64,000 nt of DNA, from IMG/VR virus record IMGVR_UViG_3300031998_000001, positions 45,064 through 109,063 of that record, one strand, 5' to 3'. The stretch is from a virus. Its lineage: Duplodnaviria > Heunggongvirae > Uroviricota > Caudoviricetes. The position numbers and the translations under genes were made by a program. Below are positions 55,773 to 63,952 of this stretch, piece after piece; the first letter of the stretch is position 1; every line of letters starts with the position of its first letter. The notes under the pieces are model-generated. The model was not told the DNA's origin. It did not search any database and worked only from the letters and a program-made list of their open reading frames with translations.

Positions 55773-56696
55773 ATGGAAATGACTTCAAAGGACGAACTTG
55801 CAAGGAAATACAATCTGAAACTCAACCCGACCACTGGGCTGTATGATTGTGATGGTGATGTCAAGGTTGAAAATGATTTGGTTGAGGACGGAAGACTTGT
55901 CATTAGGTTCGGAACGGTTAGGGGGGATTTCTATTATGGCTGTAATAACTTGTCCGCACTCGAAGGAACACCGAATGAAGTGGGCGGGGATTTTGATTGC
56001 AGTCATAGCAAATTGACTTCCCTCGAAGGTGCACCAAAGAAAATTGGTAAGAATTTCTATTGCAACAGCAACAACTTGACTTCCCTCAAAGGCTGTCCGC
56101 AAAGCGTCGGTGGGGATTTTGATTGTAGCCATAACAGTCTGACTTCCCTTGAAGGAACGCCACGCGAAGTAAGCGGGTGGTTCGATTGCAGTTATAACAA
56201 ACTAACCTCCCTCAAGGGCGCACCACAGAAGGTTGGCGAAACTTTCTATTGCAACAAGAACAATCTGACTACGCTTGAAGGAGCACCACAGGAAGTCGGT
56301 GAAAGTTTCTATTGTGACCGCAATAGACTTACATCCCTCGAAGGCGCACCGCAGGAGGTCGGTAGGCATTTTGATTGTAGCGTCAACAAACTTACTTCCC
56401 TCGAAGGTGCACCGCGTGAAGTTAGCGGGTATTTCTATTGCTATGGAAACGACTTGACATCGCTCGTGGGCGCACCGCATAAGGTCGGCAGGGGTTTCTA
56501 TTGCCATAATAACAAACTTACTTCCCTCGAAGGTGCACCACGCGAAGTCGGTGGGAATTTTGGTTGCAGTTATAACAAACTGGCTTATGATGAAGCCCAC
56601 TTCTACGGCTTCCTTCCAAAAGTCATCGGAAGTGAATTGGTAGCGGATGACGGGTGTGACTACGAACTGGCTAAAACATACTACAAAAAGATATAG
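55773..56696 (+). CDS. 21-aa LRR-like repeat protein (ten repeats), untagged paralog of 31685..32296
   Basis: LTSLEGAPxEVGGxFxCSxNK repeats; N-terminus RKYNLKLNPTTGLYDCDGDV matches the paralog. Confidence 0.85.
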   Translation: MEMTSKDELARKYNLKLNPTTGLYDCDGDVKVENDLVEDGRLVIRFGTVRGDFYYGCNNLSALEGTPNEVGGDFDCSHSKLTSLEGAPKKIGKNFYCNSNNLTSLKGCPQSVGGDFDCSHNSLTSLEGTPREVSGWFDCSYNKLTSLKGAPQKVGETFYCNKNNLTTLEGAPQEVGESFYCDRNRLTSLEGAPQEVGRHFDCSVNKLTSLEGAPREVSGYFYCYGNDLTSLVGAPHKVGRGFYCHNNKLTSLEGAPREVGGNFGCSYNKLAYDEAHFYGFLPKVIGSELVADDGCDYELAKTYYKKI

Positions 56697-56723
56697 GAAT
56701 AATTAGGATTAAAACTAAACGAT

Positions 56724-57209
56724 ATGGAAGATATTTTGTACAGGGCGCAAAGACGCTCGGATAGGAAATGGGTACACGGCTTCTATGTAAGGCTCGATGA
56801 CGAGTACAGAAACCGCACGAGCCACAGAATATATTCGGGCTATGCCGAAACGGACTGCGATGACTTCTTCGGGGACTGGGACGAGATAGACCCAGATACG
56901 CTTGGTGTGTTGCTCGGCGAGGACGGCAACGGCAACGATGTTTACAGCGGGGACATACTCCGCTCGGATATGTATCCGTTTACCAGTGACGAGGAGGACA
57001 ACTACTATGCGTGGGCGTGCTTTGACGATATGCACGGCTATCTCTATTGCATAAAGAACAGGCTGAAGGAAGATAACCCAGTAAGCGGTGCAAGCGAGGG
57101 TAACACCTACGAACTTGAGGACTTGAGCGGGTTTTATGTCATAGGCACGGAGTTCGACGACAACCTGAAGGGATTGTTCCCATCAAGAGATGAAAATAAC
57201 AATGAATAA
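56724..57209 (+). CDS. YopX-like protein
   Basis: ILYRAQR…WVHGFYV…IDPDTLG…DGNGNDVYSGDIL…VIGTEFD. Confidence 0.75.
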   Translation: MEDILYRAQRRSDRKWVHGFYVRLDDEYRNRTSHRIYSGYAETDCDDFFGDWDEIDPDTLGVLLGEDGNGNDVYSGDILRSDMYPFTSDEEDNYYAWACFDDMHGYLYCIKNRLKEDNPVSGASEGNTYELEDLSGFYVIGTEFDDNLKGLFPSRDENNNE

Positions 57210-57219
57210 CATTTAGTAT

Positions 57220-57510
57220 ATGGCAAGGAAAAGAGAAATAGAAATAGAGGAATTTGCGAAGGAGGTTGGTCGCAAATGGTACAATGACGGACACGAGAGC
57301 GTGGCATACGCATCCGCAAGGCAGGGCGCGTTGTGGGCTGATGAGAACCCTAAACCGAACTTGGTAGATGTTGACAAGGCTACCAAATGGTTTAAATCTT
57401 GGAATATGCTTCGATATGTTAGTGAACATCTTGATGAAGATGGCTACCCAGAAAATGTCTTTGATATGGACGAATTTATAGAGGACTTTAAAAAAGCAAT
57501 GAAGAAATAG
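57220..57510 (+). CDS. Small hypothetical protein (GAxWADxNP family)
   Basis: QGALWADENP…EDFKKAMK. Confidence 0.65.
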   Translation: MARKREIEIEEFAKEVGRKWYNDGHESVAYASARQGALWADENPKPNLVDVDKATKWFKSWNMLRYVSEHLDEDGYPENVFDMDEFIEDFKKAMKK

Positions 57511-57512
57511 TT

Positions 57513-57875
57513 ATGGCAGGAGAAAGAAAGAAGGAGATAAGACAGGCTTCGATGATAATTGCTGGTGGCAAGGTGTCGTCGGAGAACTTTGTGCGCGGTG
57601 CGGAATGGGCTGACAGCAACCCGTCGCCGAAGGTGCTTGAGAAGGGAATGAAGAAACTCGGTCTGCGCACGGACAAGGACGGCAACCTTATCACGAAGAA
57701 GGAGTTTGCCGACGACTTGAAGAACCGCGACACAATCCAACGGGAGAAGTTAATATCAAGGGCAGCCGAGTGGCTGAAGGGGCACGCATATCTCTATAAA
57801 GAACATTCGGACACCCCGTACAACGACTTGGATTTGGTAAGGGATTTCATAGTTGCAATGGAGGAGGACAAGTGA
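57513..57875 (+). CDS. Small hypothetical protein (GAxWADxNP family, tandem paralog)
   Basis: RGAEWADSNP…RAAEWLK…RDFIVAMEE. Confidence 0.65.
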   Translation: MAGERKKEIRQASMIIAGGKVSSENFVRGAEWADSNPSPKVLEKGMKKLGLRTDKDGNLITKKEFADDLKNRDTIQREKLISRAAEWLKGHAYLYKEHSDTPYNDLDLVRDFIVAMEEDK

Positions 57876-58189
57876 TGTGCGCAGTTAAGATGCTTTTGTT
57901 GTTTGTCATAGTTGCGTCGCTCCTTTCCGCTTGGCTGTGGAAAGTGAACGCGGTGTGCGACTATATGCTCGGTGTGAACGCCCGATGCGCTCGCATAATA
58001 TCGAGATATGCCGACGACCATAATCTGACGGACGAGGTGATGGCGAACATAGGCGATATGATTGTTGTGTGGCACGAGATAATGGCAACGCCGTACTCGA
58101 AGATGATATGGTCGTTCAAGCCTCTGGCTGACGAGAGTTTCTTTGACGGAAAACAGTTAAGGCTTTTAAACGGGACATTATATGATTGA
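57872..58189 (+). CDS. Membrane-anchored small protein
   Basis: Hydrophobic N-terminus MLLLFVIVASLLSAWLW. Confidence 0.6.
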   Translation: MMCAVKMLLLFVIVASLLSAWLWKVNAVCDYMLGVNARCARIISRYADDHNLTDEVMANIGDMIVVWHEIMATPYSKMIWSFKPLADESFFDGKQLRLLNGTLYD

Positions 58190-58622
58190 ACAGGAGAGAA
58201 AGATATTGCACGGTGCATTGTGCCGTATGCTTCCCTATGGCGTGAAGTTCATAGTGAAGGTGACCGTTGGTGAATCGCCCGAAGGTGAAATCAAGGTCAG
58301 CAAGGTCGCGACTATGAGCGCGATTTCGGAAAAGACCGTCATAGTGAAGTTCGACAACGGGGGCGGATATATGGAACTGCCTCTGGAAAGCCCAGAGTGC
58401 AGACCAGTTTTGCGCCCTATGGAATGGATGAAGCCGAATGAGTTGAGTGAGTTCACCGACTTCGCGAGCCAGACCAACCACAGTTTCTGGCATTGCGGAA
58501 GCCGATACTGGTACAACGCATACGAGGAGGAGGACTGGCTTGAAGCCCACCACTTCGACTATCGCGGTCTGCTCAAGATGGGCTTGGCGATAGATGATAT
58601 GCAGGGGCTATATATTGACTAA
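58182..58622 (+). CDS. Hypothetical protein (RPxLRP…HHFDYRGL family)
   Basis: LCRMLPYGVK…CRPVLRPM…DWLEAHHFDYRGLLKMGLA; paralog of 3..344. Confidence 0.7.
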   Translation: MIEQERKILHGALCRMLPYGVKFIVKVTVGESPEGEIKVSKVATMSAISEKTVIVKFDNGGGYMELPLESPECRPVLRPMEWMKPNELSEFTDFASQTNHSFWHCGSRYWYNAYEEEDWLEAHHFDYRGLLKMGLAIDDMQGLYID

Positions 58623-58634
58623 ATATAAGATTTT

Positions 58635-59063
58635 ATGATAAGCGAGAAGATAAGGGAACTTGAAGAACGGCGGAGCAGGCTCGAAGAGGAGCACAGCGCG
58701 GTGCTGGAGGAGATAGCGAAACTGAAGTACAGCCGAAAGGACGAACTCCTTGAAGAACTCAAGGAAAAGTTCGTGGGCAAATGGGCTGTCATCGACGAGG
58801 GGGACAGCGGTATCGAGATTATGTTGATAAACTCAATCACCCCGTTTTCTGGCAGTGACACGGAGAATTTCATATTGGGCGGATATGATGTCTATATGTC
58901 CCGAACCCGCAACTACTATATGTGCGGTGAGGAGAGGAACACATACACCGTTTCCGACCTGAACGAGATGCGACTGCCGTCAGCCGATGAGGTGGGTATG
59001 ATTATCGGGAAATGCAGGGACGGCTTCAACAGGTTTATTGACAGTGCTGAAAAAATCGGATAG
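58635..59063 (+). CDS. Hypothetical protein
   Basis: 142-aa ORF with N-terminal coiled coil. Confidence 0.65.
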   Translation: MISEKIRELEERRSRLEEEHSAVLEEIAKLKYSRKDELLEELKEKFVGKWAVIDEGDSGIEIMLINSITPFSGSDTENFILGGYDVYMSRTRNYYMCGEERNTYTVSDLNEMRLPSADEVGMIIGKCRDGFNRFIDSAEKIG

Positions 59064-59066
59064 GCT

Positions 59067-59789
59067 ATGGAAAGTATAAGCGACATTTTGAGGAATGTTC
59101 CGTGCGGTGCGGACATCGGGCTTTATTCGCCTATGTTCGGCGAGTGCAAGTTCGTGCGCATAATGGAGGGCTGTGATGAAATAGTTGTGCTGCACGGGGA
59201 GAAGTTCGGGACGCAAGATGAATTTTTCTCCGACGGGAAGTATTACAGGACGGGCGAGTGCCTTTTGTTTCCAAGCAAGGGGCACAGGAGTTGGGAAAAT
59301 TGGCAGGACATTCTTTTCCCGCAGACCGCTGCTGCGGTGGTCAAGGACAAGTTAGGCGGGCTTTATTCGATAGTTGCAAGGGACGGAGGCGTGTCGGTGC
59401 TTGACAGTGCTGGTCATACGGTCAGGAGCGACGCGATATATGATATGACATATGCGACCGTCGATGAGGCGGAGGTGTTCTACCGCAAGGTTGCCCTCAA
59501 CTGCGGGGTGGAGAAGGAAGACTTGCAAAGCATCAACTGCAAGCCGTTCACATATTCGGACTTCAAGCCGTTTGACAGGGTGGTGTGCAGGCGGAAATGC
59601 GATGCCAGCCGAACATACGACAGCGATGTGTGGCGCATTGACTTCTTCGGCAAGTATTACGGAGGCTGGTCAGTGCCTTACCAGTGTATGACGGACAACT
59701 ACGACCAGTGCGTGCCGTACAACGAGGAGACGGAGAAACTCATAGGCACTCGCGATGACTATGCTGGTCGCTACAAGACTTGGAGATAG
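59067..59789 (+). CDS. Hypothetical protein of a Bacteroidales-phage-like family
   Basis: LYSPMFGEC…GECLLFPSK and KPFDRVVCR…CVPYNEETEKLIGT. Confidence 0.7.
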   Translation: MESISDILRNVPCGADIGLYSPMFGECKFVRIMEGCDEIVVLHGEKFGTQDEFFSDGKYYRTGECLLFPSKGHRSWENWQDILFPQTAAAVVKDKLGGLYSIVARDGGVSVLDSAGHTVRSDAIYDMTYATVDEAEVFYRKVALNCGVEKEDLQSINCKPFTYSDFKPFDRVVCRRKCDASRTYDSDVWRIDFFGKYYGGWSVPYQCMTDNYDQCVPYNEETEKLIGTRDDYAGRYKTWR

Positions 59790-59796
59790 CAAAAAG

Positions 59797-59825
59797 AAAA
59801 ACTCGGAGCGATGTCCGAGTTTTTT
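59797..59825. terminator. Bidirectional intrinsic terminator
   Basis: AAAAACTCGGA-GCGATG-TCCGAGTTTTTT between convergent genes. Confidence 0.85.
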
Positions 59826-59846
59826 ATGTCCTGATGTGATGCCGAA

Positions 59847-60305
59847 CTAATAGAGGAGGGGCTTGACGGACTTGAACTCGAATGTCCCCGCAGCCTTTTC
59901 GCACCTTTCCTTCAGTTCCTTTATGTCCGATTTCTCGTATGCGTATATGAAAAGGTCTTTGCCCAGAATGACATTTCCGAACTTGTGCATATTGGCTTGT
60001 ATCCTGTCATAGTCGTTAGGTTCTATGTCCTGTTTGTCCCAGTCATATATCGCAAGCCAGAACTCACGGCTTGCCGTTGTGTTGGTAAAGTCTTCCATTT
60101 CTCTTTTGAGCCTGAATGTGAACTTGTACCTCGGCATATTCTCGAAGTCGTCCTCATCGTGCCACAGCCTTAAACTCACATCCTTTCCGTTCGGAAAGGA
60201 TATTCCAGCGAGAGGGGTGTTCCTGATATATTCCCCTGCGGAATTTTTAAGTGTGTCATACCCTCTCATTTCGGTTATAAATTCATTATATCTCAATACG
60301 CCCAT
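59847..60305 (-). CDS. CTS-like tagged protein
   Basis: MGVLRYNEFITE; TATAAATA on minus strand at 60328..60335. Confidence 0.75.
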   Translation of the reverse strand: MGVLRYNEFITEMRGYDTLKNSAGEYIRNTPLAGISFPNGKDVSLRLWHDEDDFENMPRYKFTFRLKREMEDFTNTTASREFWLAIYDWDKQDIEPNDYDRIQANMHKFGNVILGKDLFIYAYEKSDIKELKERCEKAAGTFEFKSVKPLLY

Positions 60306-60327
60306 AATGGTAAGTTATATTCTTACT

Positions 60328-60372
60328 TATTTATATTTTTTCTGAAATTCCTATTTATTAACTATATATTAG
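60328..60372. promoter_or_regulatory. Divergent promoter pair: late TATAAATA (minus) and CTGAAA-N14-CTATATATTAG (plus, 60342..60372)
   Basis: Near-identical to 53181..53230 (TTTTTCTGAAATTCCTATTTATT shared). Confidence 0.7.
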
Positions 60373-60403
60373 TTATGGAAAGAAACAACAAACATTAAAG
60401 GAT

Positions 60404-60901
60404 ATGAATAACGAAAATCAAACGACGGAATACTACAAGGGCGGTCAGTTCGTACTGAAGTTCCGCCAGTCGATAGGCGTGAACGATGTGGACTACGCCC
60501 AGCAACATTGGGCTGATGCGCTTCGGCTTCACGGGGACGCTGGTTGCGCAATGCGCAACTATCCCGATGTCATTATGTCGGCGAGCGTGCCTGACGACTG
60601 CAACGAGGACGAGTCGCAGGTAATCTATGTGATGAAGCGTCCGCAGGGCTATCCGAAGAGCAAGGAAGTTTGCCTCGGTATGTTCGTGCCGATGCTTATT
60701 CCGATAGGGACTGGCAACAAGGAGTATTTGCTCGTGCCGTGCTTTCTTAACGCATTGACATCTTGTGAAACAGGCTACGACTGCGATGCGCCGTCTGCGA
60801 TAAGGATGGATATTGGGAAACTCCACTATGCCGTGAACGACAGCGAACTGTTCGAGGTTGTAAAGAAGTCATACAAGACATTGGGAATGTACTTTAAATA
60901 G
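60404..60901 (+). CDS. Hypothetical protein
   Basis: Ends KKSYKTLGMYFK; probable tandem paralog of next gene. Confidence 0.65.
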   Translation: MNNENQTTEYYKGGQFVLKFRQSIGVNDVDYAQQHWADALRLHGDAGCAMRNYPDVIMSASVPDDCNEDESQVIYVMKRPQGYPKSKEVCLGMFVPMLIPIGTGNKEYLLVPCFLNALTSCETGYDCDAPSAIRMDIGKLHYAVNDSELFEVVKKSYKTLGMYFK

Positions 60902-60908
60902 AACGGAT

Positions 60909-61397
60909 ATGATAGGAAAGGAAATAACATTCAAGTTCCCGTACAAGATGCGGGAGGATTTCAAGCAGTCGTACAAGCGTTGCTGGACTGAATCGGCATT
61001 GCCTGTGGAGTACGGCTACACGAGGTTGCAGACAAACGAGCCGCTTTATGTGAAGCCCGAATACAATGCCGACGGGGAGAAGGTATTGAAGGTTGTCGGA
61101 CGCGACTGGTTGCCTCTCGGTGAGTTTGCGCTTGAATACGAGGGTGATGTTCCTGAACTCCGCTTCTACTCGCAGTTGTATCTCGGTGCGGAGAACAAGG
61201 ACTATTTCAAGGCGATGTGCATAGCCAATGCGCCAGTCGGTATGACACCGAATATGGTCTTGTTCCCGCGTGATGTCGATGCGAGCGAACTGGAGCAGGC
61301 GACGAGAACGGAGGGTGCTTGCTTCGTGGTTACGGAGAGAGACCTTCTTGCAGCGATAAAGTCGGCGTATGCCACGATAGGTATGTTGTTCAAATAA
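60909..61397 (+). CDS. Hypothetical protein
   Basis: Ends KSAYATIGMLFK. Confidence 0.65.
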   Translation: MIGKEITFKFPYKMREDFKQSYKRCWTESALPVEYGYTRLQTNEPLYVKPEYNADGEKVLKVVGRDWLPLGEFALEYEGDVPELRFYSQLYLGAENKDYFKAMCIANAPVGMTPNMVLFPRDVDASELEQATRTEGACFVVTERDLLAAIKSAYATIGMLFK

Positions 61398-61408
61398 AGG
61401 ATACGGCT

Positions 61409-61672
61409 ATGCAGACATTTACAAGGAAGGACTACGACAGCGTAATGGAGGTGGTCGGGCATATAAACACCCTCAATGCTTCGGGCAGAGGGGGCGAAGC
61501 CGTTGCCGTGCTTGACAATATGCTTGCCGAAAGGGGATACTCCCACAGGCACTATCGGGCGGTTACGCTTGCGGTCGCAAGGCTGGCGGAGAGCAAGGGT
61601 GTTGACTTCCGCACATATATTCCAGCGGATGACGAGATTGACGGAATACTTGAAACACTGAACAGGAGATAA
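61409..61672 (+). CDS. Small hypothetical protein
   Basis: Start MQTFTRK. Confidence 0.55.
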   Translation: MQTFTRKDYDSVMEVVGHINTLNASGRGGEAVAVLDNMLAERGYSHRHYRAVTLAVARLAESKGVDFRTYIPADDEIDGILETLNRR

Positions 61673-61675
61673 ATT

Positions 61676-61873
61676 ATGGACAAGATTTATTACATCGAGA
61701 ACACCGTTGACGAGTGGCACACCAAGATTTCAGGCTACTTTGCCACATTCGACAAGGCGAAGGAGGCGTTGAAGGACTGCTGTGACTGGTACAGACCGCA
61801 AGGCACTGGAAGGATATACGAGGTCGAACTTGGTCTCGGCAAGCGGGAGAAACTCGTTTACAAGAACTATTAA
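61676..61873 (+). CDS. Small hypothetical protein
   Basis: 65-aa ORF in operon. Confidence 0.6.
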   Translation: MDKIYYIENTVDEWHTKISGYFATFDKAKEALKDCCDWYRPQGTGRIYEVELGLGKREKLVYKNY

Positions 61874-61887
61874 GGGGGAGTGCGGAT

Positions 61888-62130
61888 ATGGAATTTGAAG
61901 TTGACAAGTTGCCGTTTGACGGGTATGCGGAGGCATATCTTGAACGCAGGAGCGATATGCTCGGCAAGAAGCACTACAACATTGTGTTCGGCAAGCCCTA
62001 CACCGACATTGCGGACGCACCGACAGGATACGAGTTGCCTTGCGATACCTACAAGCATATCGGGAAAGTGAAGATAACCATAAGTGAAACATTGGACATT
62101 ACGAAGAATGAGGAAGGTACTGCTGAATAG
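61888..62130 (+). CDS. Small hypothetical protein
   Basis: 80-aa ORF in operon. Confidence 0.55.
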   Translation: MEFEVDKLPFDGYAEAYLERRSDMLGKKHYNIVFGKPYTDIADAPTGYELPCDTYKHIGKVKITISETLDITKNEEGTAE

Positions 62131-62395
62131 CGAGGACGAATACTTCAAGTATTGCACCGAACACAATGTCGGGAGGATTATGGACGGCAATGACGGCTCT
62201 CCGTTCACCGATGCGGTGGTTGCGTTCGGGGACACCTGCTGTTATGTGGTAGAGAGGAAGGACGCTCCGAACCTGTGCGTTGGGGTGAAGCCGAAGTCCT
62301 ATCCGTGCATTATGGTATGGGAGTGGATTGTCGATGTGAACAGGGGCTTGGACTGCAAGCGTGCATTCATATATGAAGATGACTTTGGAATTTGA
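62108..62395 (+). CDS. Small hypothetical protein
   Basis: Start MRKVLL. Confidence 0.55.
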   Translation: MRKVLLNSEDEYFKYCTEHNVGRIMDGNDGSPFTDAVVAFGDTCCYVVERKDAPNLCVGVKPKSYPCIMVWEWIVDVNRGLDCKRAFIYEDDFGI

Positions 62396-62409
62396 CGGGA
62401 GGTAGAATT

Positions 62410-62730
62410 ATGGAATTTGTACTCGGTACTGAAAACGGCATATTGCTCTGCTTTGATGCGGACGATATTTTTTCGGCTGGCGAGAAGGGATTTGTGTTTA
62501 CAAGAAAGGGAAGCCCGTGCGAAGCGGATTTCTTCAAGGTGTGGTCTATGGAACGCTTCAAGAAGGATGTGCTCCCGAAGTTGAGCATATCGGATATTGC
62601 GGAACGCTTCGAGAAGGATGCAGTCCCGAAGTTGAGGCTTCCAGACGACGGGGGCGGCTTTTGCGCCGTGCTTGGTGATGGTGACAAGGACATATTGCTT
62701 GGAATTTTAAGACAGAATGATAATGAGTAA
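62410..62730 (+). CDS. Small hypothetical protein
   Basis: Start MEFVLG. Confidence 0.55.
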   Translation: MEFVLGTENGILLCFDADDIFSAGEKGFVFTRKGSPCEADFFKVWSMERFKKDVLPKLSISDIAERFEKDAVPKLRLPDDGGGFCAVLGDGDKDILLGILRQNDNE

Positions 62731-63160
62731 GGAAAACAACGGATATTCGGAGGGGGAGAAGTATCTCCGCGACTGCATAGTGCATAACAGGGATGCCGAG
62801 CATTGCGTCCGCGTCCCCGATGCCTTTGACGCTGTGCGTATGGAGCGCGAGAGCGTGATAAGGAAGGCTTGCGCTTGGCTTTTGGAAAACACCAATCTGG
62901 ACGACAATGACGGGGAGGAGTTCATAAGGGCGGTCGGTGGTTCGGACGAGCCGATTATGAGGTGCTTCATATTCGACTTGGCGTATGACGACTTCGTTGA
63001 GCCAGTCGCCAAACTTGTGATATCCGAGAATGTGTCGGAGGCACGCAGGCTTCTTGACGAGTATATGGCGAAGGACGGCAACGCCCGTTGGCGCATAGTT
63101 TCAATGCCGAAGGAGATTGATATGTCGTCAGCCGAAAGCAAGGGCGTGCTTAATGTTTAA
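62717..63160 (+). CDS. Hypothetical protein
   Basis: AFDAVRMERE…KACAWL motif. Confidence 0.65.
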   Translation: MIMSKENNGYSEGEKYLRDCIVHNRDAEHCVRVPDAFDAVRMERESVIRKACAWLLENTNLDDNDGEEFIRAVGGSDEPIMRCFIFDLAYDDFVEPVAKLVISENVSEARRLLDEYMAKDGNARWRIVSMPKEIDMSSAESKGVLNV

Positions 63161-63180
63161 CTTGTGAAAAAAACAACGAT

Positions 63181-63945
63181 ATGGAAGATTACGACATAGA
63201 GCCAATAGACAAGACGGTGGAATATCTCATAGGGGAGTTCCCAGAGGGTGAAGGTGTGAAGAAGAACGACATTGCCGAAGCGGTGAAGTCCGTGTTTAAT
63301 GGTGGTGTCAAGTATTATCAGGAGATAAGGGATGTGCTCTACAATGCCTTGCACAAGGTGTTGCCGTATCCTACGGACGAGCAGTGGAACGAGAACTTGA
63401 GGCGTGGCAGGTCAACTGACGGTAAGAAGGACTATGTTGACCGATACTGGGAATATGCCGACAAAAAGTTCCGCGAGTGGTCGGAAAGGGTGGAACTCTA
63501 TTTTCGTACCACTTTTGGAAAGAGGCGCACATACGATGAGGCGTGCAGTCTTGCCGCCGACAAGTGGTGCGGGTTGCTTTTTGGTAGCCCGTTTCAGGAC
63601 AACGGGGACAGGAGCGGACACTCGGACGGTATGATGTTTCTCGGCACGCTCTTGAAGTCCGATGCGCAGAAGAACATAACCCCAGAGATTATGGAGAATG
63701 TGCATAACGGCATAGAGAAGTTCTACCTGCACGGCTGTATGTGGGAGTCCGAAAGCGGAAGCAGGTTTCGCATAGACCTCTCCTGCGACTACTACCCGAA
63801 TACGCCCTTTTATGAGATATTATTGAACGCGGGCGTAAAGGAAGATGACATACGGAGCATCTGCCCGTGGAAGACTGGCATTGAGATTGACCGCAAGGAC
63901 AATGCGGTGATGGTAAGGCAATACAGGGAGAGGAACTATTTTTAG
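63181..63945 (+). CDS. Hypothetical protein
   Basis: 254-aa ORF; C-terminal CDY.P…CPWKTG. Confidence 0.7.
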   Translation: MEDYDIEPIDKTVEYLIGEFPEGEGVKKNDIAEAVKSVFNGGVKYYQEIRDVLYNALHKVLPYPTDEQWNENLRRGRSTDGKKDYVDRYWEYADKKFREWSERVELYFRTTFGKRRTYDEACSLAADKWCGLLFGSPFQDNGDRSGHSDGMMFLGTLLKSDAQKNITPEIMENVHNGIEKFYLHGCMWESESGSRFRIDLSCDYYPNTPFYEILLNAGVKEDDIRSICPWKTGIEIDRKDNAVMVRQYRERNYF

Positions 63946-63952
63946 GACTGCT

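Noticed and set aside
55773-56696. LRR-like repeats as a DGR template/variable-repeat pair with 31685..32296
   Set aside because: Differences are not confined to adenines, both copies are coding, and there is no reverse transcriptase in the window
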